A stretch of DNA of 64,000 nucleotides from Thermoplasmata archaeon (GTDB lineage: Archaea > Thermoplasmatota > Thermoplasmata > Thermoplasmatales > ARK-15): assembly GCA_038729465.1 (NCBI GenBank), contig JAVYRZ010000001.1, forward strand, positions 101,361 through 165,360. Reading direction: 5' to 3'. The position numbers were made by a program, and so were the translations under genes. Shown in pieces: positions 50,927 to 61,734 of this stretch (the stretch's first letter is position 1; each line of letters opens with the position of its first letter). The notes beneath the pieces were generated by a model, which was given only the letters and a program-made list of their open reading frames with translations, was not told where the DNA came from and did no database searches.

Positions 50927-50946
50927 CGCTGACGCCCCTCCTCCCC
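50927..50946. repeat. GC-rich motif pair cgctgacgc + cctcctcccc (reverse complement of motifs at 62831-62850, in swapped order)
   Basis: Read directly. A 9-mer and a 10-mer are shared with the rfcS/tRNA-Asn spacer. Confidence 0.85.
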
Positions 50947-51097
50947 TTTTTATATTTTGGTATTAAAAAATGTTTTTTTATCGATCATAAAATTGCAGAG
51001 GAAATGTAATAAAGTTTTTTTAGCATTTTTAAAGAGAAGACACAATTTTTCTATATTCATTTAAAAACTTAAATATAAAAACAATTTATACCTGATT

Positions 51098-52501
51098 ATG
51101 GAGTTTAAAAAATCTCAATTTAATGATTGGTACAACGAAGTTATAGAACTTAGTAAACTTGCTGATAAGAGATATCCAGTGAAAGGAATGGACATATGGA
51201 TGCCATACGGTTTGGCTATAATGCAGAATATAGATTCATATTACCGTCTAGTTTTTAACAATTATGGGCATCAGGAATTGAATTTCCCATTGTTAATACC
51301 TAAAGATCAATTTGACAGGGAAGAGGAACATATAAAAGGATTTACAAAGCAAGTGTTCTGGGTAGAGCGAGCTGGCGATGACCGGTTGGACATACCATTG
51401 ATATTAAGACCCACCAGCGAAACAGCAATGTACCATATGTTTTCTCTCTGGATCCGTACACATGCTGATTTGCCTCTTAAATACTACCAGATCGTAAATG
51501 TTTTCAGGTACGAAACCAAACAAACGAGAACATTTATGCGAGTTCGTGAAATACACTTTTTTGAGGCGCATACCGCACACAAAAATTTTAAAGACTCTGA
51601 AAAACAGATAAAAGAAGATCTGGAAATCTGGAAAAAGATATGTGATAAGCTCGCAATACCGTATATCATTAATAAGAGACCTGACTGGGACAAGTTTCCC
51701 GGCGCATTTTATTCTCTAGGTGCAGACACGATAATGCCTAATGGCAGAGCTCTCCAGATAGGGACAATACACCAGTATTCAGACAATTTTGCAAAAGCTT
51801 ATGACATCAAATACAACAATGAAAATGGTGTTCAAGAATATGTCAATCAAACTACATTTGGAATAAGTGAAAGGATATTAGGTGCACTTGTTGGCATACA
51901 CGGTGATGATCATGGACTTATCCTTCCTCCAGAGATTGCGCCAACACAGATCATCATCATTCCAATCATCAGTGAAGATAAAGAGAACGTAATAAAAGAA
52001 TCCAAAAAATTGTACAATAGGCTTAAGAAACGATATAGAGTAAATATAGATTTGAGAGAAGATTACACTCCTGGATTCAAGTTTTATGACTGGGAACTTA
52101 AGGGTGTACCATTAAGAATTGAGATCGGCCCGCGTGACATCAAAAATAATGAAGCTATATGCGTGAGAAGGGATACATACGAAAAAATAAGAGTGAAAAA
52201 AGAAGATTTAACTGCTAGGATAAAAGAGCTGCTTAATGATATTCAGAGCAATTTATATGTTAAAGCAAAAAAGCAAGTTGAATCGTTAGTATTAGAGACT
52301 GATGACCTTCAGTTGCTGAAAGAGCAAGAAAAAATGTTTAAAGTGTCATGGTGCGGCAGAGAAGAGTGCGGCAATAAAATTGCAGAGTTTAGTGATAAAT
52401 CAGTGCTGGGCGTGCCTATTGAGGAAGAGAACAAAAAAGGAAAATGTATTATATGTGGTGCAGAAACTAATATAAAAGCATATGTTGGCAAAACGTATTA
52501 A
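51098..52501 (+). CDS. proS: Proline--tRNA ligase (archaeal/eukaryotic type)
   Basis: 467 aa with class II motifs (LRPTSE, FRYE, GTIHQ) and a C-terminal zinc-binding domain (WCGREECG...CIICG). Confidence 0.9.
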   Translation: MEFKKSQFNDWYNEVIELSKLADKRYPVKGMDIWMPYGLAIMQNIDSYYRLVFNNYGHQELNFPLLIPKDQFDREEEHIKGFTKQVFWVERAGDDRLDIPLILRPTSETAMYHMFSLWIRTHADLPLKYYQIVNVFRYETKQTRTFMRVREIHFFEAHTAHKNFKDSEKQIKEDLEIWKKICDKLAIPYIINKRPDWDKFPGAFYSLGADTIMPNGRALQIGTIHQYSDNFAKAYDIKYNNENGVQEYVNQTTFGISERILGALVGIHGDDHGLILPPEIAPTQIIIIPIISEDKENVIKESKKLYNRLKKRYRVNIDLREDYTPGFKFYDWELKGVPLRIEIGPRDIKNNEAICVRRDTYEKIRVKKEDLTARIKELLNDIQSNLYVKAKKQVESLVLETDDLQLLKEQEKMFKVSWCGREECGNKIAEFSDKSVLGVPIEEENKKGKCIICGAETNIKAYVGKTY

Positions 52502-52677
52502 TCCTTTGATCTACCTAAAAAAATGGTGAGTATACCAAATAGTACAATTACCACGGTCATGGTGTATACTCCAACATCAAAAAACGCATTGTATAACGTA
52601 GCCCAGGCAAAATAAAAAATTAGCCCTAAAGCAAGAAGGAAAAATCCGAAATACTCTATTATTTTCTTATCGTTCAT
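52498..52677 (-). CDS. Possible small 2-TM protein (59 aa), below the ORF-track cutoff
   Basis: Translation MNDKKIIEYFGFFLLALGLIFYFAWATLYNAFFDVGVYTMTVVIVLFGILTIFLGRSKD. ORF and hydrophobicity only. Confidence 0.3.
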   Translation of the reverse strand: MNDKKIIEYFGFFLLALGLIFYFAWATLYNAFFDVGVYTMTVVIVLFGILTIFLGRSKD

Positions 52678-52792
52678 TAAATCTCGGAAGGTAATTGAAT
52701 ATAAAAAACTTATTCAATTTTTTACAAATCATAAAAGTTAAAAGAGATCAAGATAGAAAGTTATATCAATTGATTAAACATATCTTTTGATT

Positions 52793-53479
52793 ATGAATTT
52801 ACAGGACATAGAAAAGCAATTGGCAGCAAGAAGAGCGGTAGAATATATAAAAAATGGGGATTTAGTTGGGATAGGAACTGGGTCTACAGTAAGGTTTGTC
52901 ATAGAAGAGCTGGCAAAAAAAGTAAATGAAGGCCTGAACATTAATACAGTTGCAAGTTCTTATAAATCTGAAGAACTATTAAAGCAGGCAAATATCAAGG
53001 TTTTGAAGTTTAAAGATCAGATATCAGATATTTACATAGATAGCGCTGATGAGGTTGACAATAAATTAAATATGATTAAAGGTGGGGGGGGCGCACTATT
53101 AAGAGAAAAGGTGCTGGCATACAATTCTAAGTATAGGGTCATAGCAATAGATGAATCTAAATTAAAAAACAGGCTCGGAGCCTATCCTTTACCTATAGAG
53201 GTTATACCTTTTTCATATCTATCAGTCATTAAGAATATTGAAAAAATTGGAGCTATTTGTGAGATTAGAAAAGTTACAGGCAAGATATATGTGACAGACA
53301 ACAAAAATTATATTATAGATTGTAAAAATCTTAACTTTGAAAACACAGAAGTATTATATAAAAAGCTAAAATATATTCCTGGCGTAGTAGAAGTTGGCTT
53401 ATTCATAGGTTTTATAGACACCTTATTGATCGGGAAAGAGGATAAAGTGGAAGAGATTTCAGGCTTAAAAACAACATAA
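52793..53479 (+). CDS. rpiA: Ribose-5-phosphate isomerase A
   Basis: GIGTGST, DSADEVD and KGGGGALLREK motifs. Confidence 0.9.
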   Translation: MNLQDIEKQLAARRAVEYIKNGDLVGIGTGSTVRFVIEELAKKVNEGLNINTVASSYKSEELLKQANIKVLKFKDQISDIYIDSADEVDNKLNMIKGGGGALLREKVLAYNSKYRVIAIDESKLKNRLGAYPLPIEVIPFSYLSVIKNIEKIGAICEIRKVTGKIYVTDNKNYIIDCKNLNFENTEVLYKKLKYIPGVVEVGLFIGFIDTLLIGKEDKVEEISGLKTT

Positions 53480-53520
53480 AAATTCTCATAATAAAATTTT
53501 AATAGGGAGAATCATAATGT

Positions 53521-54375
53521 ATGTTTATGCATATCGGAAAAAACATACCAAAAACCATATCAGATACTAAATCTTTCCCTGTTTTTGTATGGATTATATC
53601 CATAATAGTGATCTTATTTTTTGTGGTACCTATAATAAGGCTGATAACTTACGTATCTCCACAGTACCTTTTTAGCCAGTTTATGTCTGCAACAAACATA
53701 GATTCTATTAAGATCACAGTTGTAGGTGCTACCATCTCATCACTAATAGTGGTATTATTTGGATTTCCGCTAGCATATCTCTTAGCAAGGTATAAATTTG
53801 TAGGAAAAAAGATAATGGACTCAATTATAGAAGTTCCTATAATGATACCACATAGCGTAGTAGGTATCGCACTTTTATTAGTGTTTGCAACTGCTGAACC
53901 AGGAGGTAATTTTCTGAACATTTTTAATATATCGTTTGGCTATAATATGTTAGCTGTAGTGATGGCATACATATTTGTTAGTGGAACTTACGCTATTAAA
54001 ACTATGGAAGAGGCAATAAAAAGTATAGACCCAAGAATAGAGCTAGTTGCCAGAACACTTGGCGCGTCACAATGGCAAGTTATTTCTAAGGTAATGATTC
54101 CCCAGACAGCCAGAAGCATTCTTACAGGCACTATACTGAGTTGGGGTAGGGCAATGAGCGAAGTAGGGGCCATACTTATTGTGGCACCTTATATACTACC
54201 AGCGTATCAACAAATTGCGGGAGTGCAAGTATACAACCAGTTTGAAGTTACAGGGTTGACAGGCGCGGTTGGGCTATCTTCAGTATTAATAATAATCTCG
54301 ATTGTAATTTTTATAGTATTGAAAATTGTACAGGGACAACATAAAATATTTTATGTGCCGGGAGTTGAGAGATGA
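53521..54375 (+). CDS. ABC transporter permease, molybdate/tungstate (ModB/WtpB-like) type
   Basis: 284 aa, 6 TM, EAA-loop region EEAIKSIDPRIELVARTLGAS. Confidence 0.7.
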   Translation: MFMHIGKNIPKTISDTKSFPVFVWIISIIVILFFVVPIIRLITYVSPQYLFSQFMSATNIDSIKITVVGATISSLIVVLFGFPLAYLLARYKFVGKKIMDSIIEVPIMIPHSVVGIALLLVFATAEPGGNFLNIFNISFGYNMLAVVMAYIFVSGTYAIKTMEEAIKSIDPRIELVARTLGASQWQVISKVMIPQTARSILTGTILSWGRAMSEVGAILIVAPYILPAYQQIAGVQVYNQFEVTGLTGAVGLSSVLIIISIVIFIVLKIVQGQHKIFYVPGVER

Positions 54376-55331
54376 TCAGAATTGAAGAGATATCTCTGAG
54401 CGTACCAACGTTGACAATCAATGAGGTCAATCTAAAGATACAGGATAATGAATATTTCATATTGTTAGGCCCAACAGGTGCAGGTAAAAGCTTATTTTTA
54501 GATATAATAGCAGGAGCATACCGACCTGATAAAGGGCACATATTTTTAGATGAGGAAGAGATTACTTTTAAAGCACCTGAACTAAGGCATATAGGATATG
54601 TACCGCAGGAATATTCACTATTTAATAATATGAGTGTGAAAGACAACATTACTTTTGGATTGAGAGTCAGAGGCATATTTAAAGCAGAAGCAGAAAAAAA
54701 AATTGCACCACTTACCAAAACGTTGGATCTTGAAAAGTTACTAAATAAAAGGCCGGAAGTGCTTAGTGGTGGTGAAAAGCAAAAAGTTGCGATTGCACGA
54801 GCGCTGGCAATAGAACCCAAATTACTATTGTTGGACGAGCCTTTAAGCGGCCTGGACTTAAATATAAAAGAGAAATTTACTTATGAACTAAAGAGGATAC
54901 ATAAAGAATACGGTCTTACTACTATCCATGTTACACATGAACCTACACAGGCAATAGATTTAGCTGACAGGATAGGAGTATTTAACAGCGGTAAATTAGT
55001 GCAGGTTGGAGATTATAACAGTATAATTTCAAAACCTAATAATGAATTTATAGCTAAATTTATGGGATTGAATAACATAGTTAAAAATCAGGAACTAAAC
55101 AAAAGGTTAGGCATTGGAGAAAATGATAGCATAGCTTTCAGGTCCGAGGACGTGATATTAAGTGAAGAAGGGGATGAAGTTGAAGTAGAACAAATTATAA
55201 AAATAGGGAACAGTTTCATGATTCTAGGTTATTTATTTGGTGAAAAAGTAGAAATAAAAACAATTGATAAAATAAATATTTCAAAAGATATTATAAAAAT
55301 AAAAATAAAAAAATTTACAAAAATATCATGA
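54372..55331 (+). CDS. ABC transporter ATP-binding protein (ModC/WtpC-like)
   Basis: LLGPTGAGKS, LSGGEKQKVAIARAL and LLLDEP. 4-nt overlap with the permease gene. Confidence 0.8.
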   Translation: MIRIEEISLSVPTLTINEVNLKIQDNEYFILLGPTGAGKSLFLDIIAGAYRPDKGHIFLDEEEITFKAPELRHIGYVPQEYSLFNNMSVKDNITFGLRVRGIFKAEAEKKIAPLTKTLDLEKLLNKRPEVLSGGEKQKVAIARALAIEPKLLLLDEPLSGLDLNIKEKFTYELKRIHKEYGLTTIHVTHEPTQAIDLADRIGVFNSGKLVQVGDYNSIISKPNNEFIAKFMGLNNIVKNQELNKRLGIGENDSIAFRSEDVILSEEGDEVEVEQIIKIGNSFMILGYLFGEKVEIKTIDKINISKDIIKIKIKKFTKIS

Positions 55332-56495
55332 AGAGTCACCCATTATGGCAGTATTGCCAGATCCAGTTTGTAAATAAGGAGGCAGTGTTTCTGTAAATGG
55401 TAGCAGCTGAGCCGGAATGCTGCCACCAGCGAATGGTACAGCATATGGGACTGGTATTGGATCAAAATATGTATTTTTAAATATTTGCTGGCCTATCTGG
55501 CTAAGAAGCAACACGACATAGTCTAATGCCAGGCTTGGATCAGGTGCATTTTTTGGAATAGTAACAGCATAAAATATTGGACCGGCAGGACTGCTAGCTT
55601 CAGTGGTGCTGCCACTTAATAAAAGTGGAGCGCCACTGCTGTTTACCTGTGCATAATAGTTTACAGCAGTGCTGTTTATAGATCCTAAGTTTATCTGCCA
55701 AGGAAGCTCTACAAACCCCAATCCATATGATTTAGCAAGGCTCCTGTATGAAATTCCATAATAAGGAGCACCCGTGGCGATCATTGAATCTAAGCTAGCT
55801 TCGATACCAACCGGTCTCAGCTCATTCGATTGTGTTTTATGTATCCATATTTGTTCAAAAATAGCATTTGTATCGTTTATTGGATATCCTAGAACATTGT
55901 GGAACCAATCATTATATGCTTTATTGTTTTCTTGCACCAGATATATGCCAGCAAGTTTCATTGCTTGGATAGCTTGAAAACCAGCAGGATCAGTGCTTCC
56001 ATTACTTACTCCAATAGTAACACCAGGTGCGGTTATAAACATCCACCAGTTAGTAGAATTAATCTGATTTGTGTTATAAGTTACATTGTTAATGGATATT
56101 TTTGCAGTAGAATTTTGTTCATATAATATAGAAATTTCGTTTGTTGCAAAAACAATCATCCAAGAGGCGTATGTGGGTGACAGTACCATTGGTATCACAT
56201 CTGAAGCCGCAGATGCAAATACATCATATTTCTGCCCCAGGTTTGCAATCTGATCTGCAGCTTTAACGCTGCCCATAAATATACCCCCCGTTGAGAGTAT
56301 TGGGTTGTTCGGATAGAGCGCCGACCAGTTTTGTGCAACATCTCTAAAAGCATATCCTAGAGAGCCAGCAGCAATTACTGTTACTCCCTGTTTTGCTTGC
56401 GGAGATGAAGAAATAGTGCTGTACTCAAATCCTGCCATAAAGCCTAAGATTAGTGCAATAACTACTGTTACTGTAACTATTGTTTGTACATTCAT
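55326..56495 (-). CDS. Periplasmic-type substrate-binding protein, molybdate/tungstate (ModA/WtpA-like), membrane-anchored
   Basis: N-terminal TM anchor, VTVIAAGSLGYAF, GSVKAADQI..KYDVFASAA pattern of oxyanion-binding PBPs. Convergent with the ATPase gene. Confidence 0.6.
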   Translation of the reverse strand: MNVQTIVTVTVVIALILGFMAGFEYSTISSSPQAKQGVTVIAAGSLGYAFRDVAQNWSALYPNNPILSTGGIFMGSVKAADQIANLGQKYDVFASAASDVIPMVLSPTYASWMIVFATNEISILYEQNSTAKISINNVTYNTNQINSTNWWMFITAPGVTIGVSNGSTDPAGFQAIQAMKLAGIYLVQENNKAYNDWFHNVLGYPINDTNAIFEQIWIHKTQSNELRPVGIEASLDSMIATGAPYYGISYRSLAKSYGLGFVELPWQINLGSINSTAVNYYAQVNSSGAPLLLSGSTTEASSPAGPIFYAVTIPKNAPDPSLALDYVVLLLSQIGQQIFKNTYFDPIPVPYAVPFAGGSIPAQLLPFTETLPPYLQTGSGNTAIMGDSS

Positions 56496-56768
56496 AATAA
56501 TCCCGATATGTATAATGTTACATAAATATATAAATCTTGTTCAAAATAGATGTGGTCACTTTTGTTGAGACCTAACTATAATTTATCAATTACTGTTTGA
56601 AACATACTCTAAAAGCAGTTTTTATCATAGGCCCAAGTTATTTATTAAATGATATGTCGAAGATAATCAACGAACATTTGCTAACATCTTAAAATTTAGA
56701 GTATATAAAAGATTTTTAAAATGAAAAGCCAAAAGATTATTAAAGGTATAATAAATTCATTATATTGC

Positions 56769-57311
56769 ATGAAAAAAATTGAGATAAAAGAAATAATGTC
56801 TAAAAATCCATTGCTATTAGATCTAGACCTTACTGTTTTGAAAGCAGTAAAAGAAATGATTCATAACAATGTAAGTACCATAATAGTAGCTGAAAACAGC
56901 GAGCCTTTAGGAATAGTCACTGAGCATGATATTGTTGTGAAAGTGGTTTCTGAAAATAGAGATCCAGCTAAGACGCTTTTAAAATCCATAATGAGTTCTC
57001 CGATAGTAGCAATATCCGAAGACGATAAATTAGAGGATTGTGCTAAATTGATGGTAAAAAAGAAGATACGGAAACTACCTGTAATAAAAGGTGGTAAAAT
57101 TATTGGATTGTTATCAGAAAATGACATAGTAAAAATATCCCCCGATCTGATTCTACTTGCAAATGAATGGAATAATATTTCAAATGAGCGTTATATGAAT
57201 GAGATACATGAACATATAACAGGAAGATGCGAATTATGTGGGCGGTTCTCTACATCACTAGAATTTTACAATGGAATGTTCATATGCCAGGAGTGTAAAG
57301 AGTCAAGATAG
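56769..57311 (+). CDS. CBS-domain pair protein with C-terminal zinc ribbon
   Basis: Two CBS units (IMSKNPLLL...VAENSEPLGIVTEHDI; IMSSPIVAI...VIKGGKIIGLLSENDI) and CELCGR...CQEC. The track start at 56721 is also possible. Confidence 0.7.
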   Translation: MKKIEIKEIMSKNPLLLDLDLTVLKAVKEMIHNNVSTIIVAENSEPLGIVTEHDIVVKVVSENRDPAKTLLKSIMSSPIVAISEDDKLEDCAKLMVKKKIRKLPVIKGGKIIGLLSENDIVKISPDLILLANEWNNISNERYMNEIHEHITGRCELCGRFSTSLEFYNGMFICQECKESR

Positions 57312-57407
57312 CGTAGCTATTAAAAACAGAAACGAATGAACATTAACTAAAAAACTAAAAGTTTATAATATAAAAGATTATAAGGATTTAAGAATAGAGG
57401 TGAAAAA

Positions 57408-58115
57408 ATGCAACAAGCACAGATGGCATACGATAGAGCTATAACAGTCTTCTCACCAGATGGGAGATTGTTTCAGGTTGAATATGCTAGAGAAGCAGTA
57501 AGAAGAGGATCTACAACTATAGGTATGAAATTCAAGGATGGAGTTGCTTTAATAATCGATAAAAAGGTGAGGAGCAACTTGATAGAACCAAAAAGCATTG
57601 AGAAGATCTATATGATAGATGAACATATAGGTGCAGCATCTTCCGGCTTAGTGGCAGATGCAAGAATGCTTGTAGATTACGCACGGGTAAATGCGCAGGT
57701 TGAAAAAGTAACTTACAACGAGAAGGTAGGAGTAGAGGTTTTAACAAAAAAAGTAAGCGATTATGTACAGCAATATACGCAGTATGGTGGAGCTAGGCCG
57801 TTTGGAGCATCTTTATTAATAGCAGGTGTAGATGATGAGCCCCATCTATTTGAGACTGAACCTTCTGGAGCATTTTTAGGATATAAAGCAGACTGTATAG
57901 GAGCTGGTAGAGATATAATAATGCCTATTTTTGAAAAAGAGTACAAAGATAACATGAGCATGGATGAAGCAATTATATTAGCACTGAAAGGCTTAAAAAA
58001 AGCTGCAGAAGACCCAAACACACCAATTATTGCACAGATAGGTATTGTTACTAAAGACAAAGGTTTCAGAATATTAGAAGAATCAGAAACAGAGAATTAT
58101 CTAAATAAAATTTAA
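57408..58115 (+). CDS. psmA: Proteasome subunit alpha
   Basis: [21 protein letters not shown]-terminal signature, 235 aa. Confidence 0.95.
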   Translation: MQQAQMAYDRAITVFSPDGRLFQVEYAREAVRRGSTTIGMKFKDGVALIIDKKVRSNLIEPKSIEKIYMIDEHIGAASSGLVADARMLVDYARVNAQVEKVTYNEKVGVEVLTKKVSDYVQQYTQYGGARPFGASLLIAGVDDEPHLFETEPSGAFLGYKADCIGAGRDIIMPIFEKEYKDNMSMDEAIILALKGLKKAAEDPNTPIIAQIGIVTKDKGFRILEESETENYLNKI

Positions 58116-58123
58116 AAGATACT

Positions 58124-58822
58124 ATGGTAAAATTAGAAGATTCAATAATCGCAAGATTTGAGAGCCATGGGCATCGATTTGAAATACTTATAGATCCTGC
58201 ACTAGTTGATATTATAAAGGCTGGCAAAGATGTTGATGTTATAGAGTATATGGTAAGTGATACCATTTTTAAAGATGCCAATAAAGGGGACAGAGCTAGC
58301 GAAGAGGTTTTGAAAGAAGTATTTGAAACAGATAACATACAGGAGATAGTCAAACATATTATTTTGAAGGGTCAGGTACAGTTAACTACTGAGCAGAGAA
58401 GAAAGATGCTTGAAGATAAAAAAAGGCAGATTATAATGGAGATTTCAAAAAATGCGATTAATCCACAAACTAATACTCCACATCCTCCTCAGCGAATTGA
58501 GACTGCAATTGAAGAGGCAAAAGTGCATATAGACCCATTTAAAAGTGTGGAAGAGCAGGTTAACACAGTTGTAAAAGCTATAAGACTAATACTACCAATA
58601 AAATTTGAAAAAATAAAAATTGCGGTAAAGATTTCTGGAGAAGATTACTTGAAAAGTTATCAGGATATCACAAAGATGGGTACTGTGTTGAAGGAAGAAT
58701 GGCAAAACGATGGTTCTTGGGTAGGAGTAATAGAGATACCTGCTGGCGTTCAAATTGAATTTTTTGATATATTAAACAAAAAGACACATGGAAATGCACA
58801 GACTAAAATTTTAAAAAGTTAG
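58124..58822 (+). CDS. SBDS-family ribosome maturation protein
   Basis: [20 protein letters not shown]-domain start, 232 aa, in the conserved position after psmA. Confidence 0.85.
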   Translation: MVKLEDSIIARFESHGHRFEILIDPALVDIIKAGKDVDVIEYMVSDTIFKDANKGDRASEEVLKEVFETDNIQEIVKHIILKGQVQLTTEQRRKMLEDKKRQIIMEISKNAINPQTNTPHPPQRIETAIEEAKVHIDPFKSVEEQVNTVVKAIRLILPIKFEKIKIAVKISGEDYLKSYQDITKMGTVLKEEWQNDGSWVGVIEIPAGVQIEFFDILNKKTHGNAQTKILKS

Positions 58823-58834
58823 GTGATAATAATT

Positions 58835-59503
58835 ATGAAAAGTGTTAGAGAGTTTGTTTTACCGGGAGAAGAAATTGATTTAGGTCAGAATAAACCTGGT
58901 ATAGGTATATACATAGAAAATGAGAAAGCATACTCAGTATATTTAGGCACAAAATCTGAGAAGTCTGGATATCTTAACATTATGCCTCTTGCTGGGAAAT
59001 ATTTTCCAGAGAAGGGTGATAAAGTTATAGGAAAAATAGTGGATCTTACACCTACAAACTGGGTGGTAGATATCAATGCACCATATACAGCGCCGTTACA
59101 CGTAAATGATGTGCCATGGAGAATAGAGTTTGGAGACACATCTAGGTTCTTAAATATTGGAGATGTTGTACTGGTAAAAGTATCTAATATTACAGAATCA
59201 AATCAGATCTGGGTTTCTATGAAAGAGCCTGGGTTGAGAAAGTTAGAAGGTGGATTTTTAATAACAGTATCCCCAACAAAAGTATCCAGGATCATTGGCA
59301 AAGAAGGCTCTATGATTAAGCTTTTAAAAGAAGAGACACACACAAAGATCTATGTGGGTCAAAACGGAGAAATATGGATTGACGGGGAGCCAAAGCAGAC
59401 TTTAGAAGTGATCAAGACTATACGAATTATTGAGCGAGAAGCGCATACAATAGGATTGACAGACAGAATTAAGGCTTATTTGGAAGAGTTAAATAGGAAG
59501 TGA
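58835..59503 (+). CDS. rrp4: Exosome complex RNA-binding protein Rrp4 (S1 + KH)
   Basis: VLPGE start, S1 segment GDKVIGKIVD, KH segment GKEGSMIKLL. AGGTGA is 8 nt upstream of the ATG at 58835. Confidence 0.85.
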   Translation: MKSVREFVLPGEEIDLGQNKPGIGIYIENEKAYSVYLGTKSEKSGYLNIMPLAGKYFPEKGDKVIGKIVDLTPTNWVVDINAPYTAPLHVNDVPWRIEFGDTSRFLNIGDVVLVKVSNITESNQIWVSMKEPGLRKLEGGFLITVSPTKVSRIIGKEGSMIKLLKEETHTKIYVGQNGEIWIDGEPKQTLEVIKTIRIIEREAHTIGLTDRIKAYLEELNRK

Positions 59504-59509
59504 ACAGAA

Positions 59510-60250
59510 ATGAGTGGTATGAAAACAGATATTAAGTTAATAGATGAAAACGGGATAAGAACAGATGGTAGAAAGTTTGATGAATTGAGACCAATAAAGA
59601 TAGAAGTAGGTTTATTAGAGAGAGCAGATGGATCGGCATATATAGAATGGGGCGAAAACAAGATTTTGGCAGCGGTTTATGGGCCAAGGGAAGTATTTCC
59701 AAAGCATTTGCAGGATGCAAGTAAGGCAATAGTAAGAGCTAGATATAATATGGCCGCATTTTCTGTGGATGAGAGAAAAAGGCCCGGGCCAGATAGAAGG
59801 AGTGTAGAACTATCAATGGTAATCTCCAACGCATTAGAAAGTGTAGTTTTAGCCGAGCAGTTTCCGAGAACATCTATAGATGTGTTTATAGAGGTTCTAC
59901 AATCTGATGCAGGTACCAGAATTGCAGGCTTAACAGCGGCATCTGTGGCGTTAGTTGATGCCGGGATACCAATGCGAGACCTCATAGCTGGATGTGCAGC
60001 AGGTAAAATTGGTGGGCAAGTAGTTTTAGACCTAAACAAAGACGAAGACAATTTTGGGGAAGCAGATTTACCAATTGCTATAATTCCGAGAACCAAAGAG
60101 ATAGTACTTTTACAAATGGATGGTAATATGTCATTGGAAGAATTAGACAAAGGGATGGATCTAGCATACAATGCCTCTATGAAAGTTTATGAACTGCAGA
60201 AAGAGGCACTTAAAAACAAATACTTAAAAGTATTAGAAGAGGGTGAATAA
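59510..60250 (+). CDS. rrp41: Exosome complex exonuclease Rrp41 (RNase PH fold)
   Basis: [26 protein letters not shown] and [11 protein letters not shown] motifs. Confidence 0.9.
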   Translation: MSGMKTDIKLIDENGIRTDGRKFDELRPIKIEVGLLERADGSAYIEWGENKILAAVYGPREVFPKHLQDASKAIVRARYNMAAFSVDERKRPGPDRRSVELSMVISNALESVVLAEQFPRTSIDVFIEVLQSDAGTRIAGLTAASVALVDAGIPMRDLIAGCAAGKIGGQVVLDLNKDEDNFGEADLPIAIIPRTKEIVLLQMDGNMSLEELDKGMDLAYNASMKVYELQKEALKNKYLKVLEEGE

Positions 60251-60253
60251 TCC

Positions 60254-61051
60254 ATGTCAAGATTTACTGAAGGTGTAGTTTCTGAAATCAAGAAAAATTA
60301 CATACAAAAGCTTGCAGCTGGAGGCCTGAGAATTGATAATCGAGGATTGGAAGAGTATAGAAATATAGAGGTAATTAGAAATTTTGTGACGAGGGCCAAT
60401 GGCTCTGCGCTCGTCAAGATAGGCAATACTCAGGTACTTGCAGGAATAAAGATTGAACCTGGAGAGCCATTTCCTGATACCCCTAATGTAGGCGTGATAA
60501 CCACGAATGCAGAATTAGTACCTCTTGCATCTCCTACATTTGAATCAGGGCCACCCGGAGAAGATGCCATAGAGCTTGCGAGAGTGGTAGATAGAGGATT
60601 GAGAGAAAGTAAAACCATAGACTTAGAGAAGCTGGTAATAAAGGAAAACGAGCTGGTATGGATTATATTTATAGATCTTCATGTTCTCGATTATGATGGG
60701 AATCTGTTTGATGCATCGTCTTTGGCATCAATGATCGCACTTACTGAGGCAGTAGTGCCTGCATCAAAGTATGGTTATGGAGAGGACTTTAAGTTGCCAG
60801 TGAATCATTATCCAGTGGAGATTACGGCTGTAAAAATTGATAATTCAATATTGATAGATCCTAACCTAGACGAGGAAAATATATCTAGCGCCAGATTAAC
60901 TGTTGCATCAAATGAGCTTGGCAACGTGAATGCTATGCAAAAAGGATCAACAGGTTCATTCAGTATTGAGGAAATAAAGAAAATTATTAATACTTCAATT
61001 AAAATAGGGAACGAGATTCGAGAAAAATATATAATTAAAAAAGGTGAGTAA
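60254..61051 (+). CDS. rrp42: Exosome complex component Rrp42
   Basis: RIDNRGLEEYRNIEV, ANGSALVKIGNTQVLAG, RNase PH-like, 265 aa. Confidence 0.9.
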   Translation: MSRFTEGVVSEIKKNYIQKLAAGGLRIDNRGLEEYRNIEVIRNFVTRANGSALVKIGNTQVLAGIKIEPGEPFPDTPNVGVITTNAELVPLASPTFESGPPGEDAIELARVVDRGLRESKTIDLEKLVIKENELVWIIFIDLHVLDYDGNLFDASSLASMIALTEAVVPASKYGYGEDFKLPVNHYPVEITAVKIDNSILIDPNLDEENISSARLTVASNELGNVNAMQKGSTGSFSIEEIKKIINTSIKIGNEIREKYIIKKGE

Positions 61052-61053
61052 AA

Positions 61054-61314
61054 GTGTCTAATAGAACGAAGAAAGTTGGCATAGCTGGCAGGTTCGGGCC
61101 AAGATATGGTGTAGCGGCCAAGAAAAAATGGAAAGAGACTATGGAATTAAAGATAGAAGCATATACCTGCCCCAGATGCAATCATAAAACCGTTTATAGG
61201 AAATCTACTGGTATTTGGCAATGTCGCAAGTGCGGTTATACATTTGCTGGTGGTGCATATACTCCTGAAGTAAAGAAAGAGATAAAAACTGCTGAAACAG
61301 CAGGGGAGAGCTAA
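61054..61314 (+). CDS. rpl37ae: 50S ribosomal protein L37Ae (eL43)
   Basis: TKKVGIAGRFGPRYG and zinc ribbon CPRC...CRKC. GTG start. Confidence 0.9.
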   Translation: MSNRTKKVGIAGRFGPRYGVAAKKKWKETMELKIEAYTCPRCNHKTVYRKSTGIWQCRKCGYTFAGGAYTPEVKKEIKTAETAGES

Positions 61315-61315
61315 G

Positions 61316-61450
61316 ATGGTATATAGATGTGCAGTATGTGGCAGACCATATACTGGCAAAATGACAGCATATGATTTGAGTTGTGAATGTGGTTCTACCA
61401 TATTTTTTAAAGAGCGCCCAAACATAGAGAAAGAAGTAAAAGCGCGATAA
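61316..61450 (+). CDS. rpoP: DNA-directed RNA polymerase subunit P (Rpo12), 44 aa; not in the ORF track
   Basis: Translation MVYRCAVCGRPYTGKMTAYDLSCECGSTIFFKERPNIEKEVKAR. Zinc ribbon, in the conserved position after rpl37ae. Confidence 0.75.
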   Translation: MVYRCAVCGRPYTGKMTAYDLSCECGSTIFFKERPNIEKEVKAR

Positions 61451-61734
61451 AAGCACTTATTTTTTTATTTTTTTATAGATTTAGATGTAATTTTAAGATC
61501 TTTAGAGCGGAGCTACACGTAATTTAGTCAATAAAAATGTTTAAATATAGTTTTGCTATAATAAGAAAATAGCGTAGATATCCAGCAATAAAGTACCTAT
61601 TTAAAGTGGGGTGTTTAAGCCGGCAAAAGATCACTGAACATTTGAATATGTATAAGACTATACAGAGAGAACCTCCACACTTTGGCTTAGACAGAGTGAC
61701 ATTAACATTAATAAATATATAGAGTGAATGTATT

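Noticed and set aside
61451-61734. Possible pseudoknot-like complementarity in the rpoP/rfcS spacer (aaagtgggg...taagcc...cctccacacttt...ggctta).
   Set aside because: The helices are short and imperfect, were found by eye only, and have no supporting motif or conservation information.
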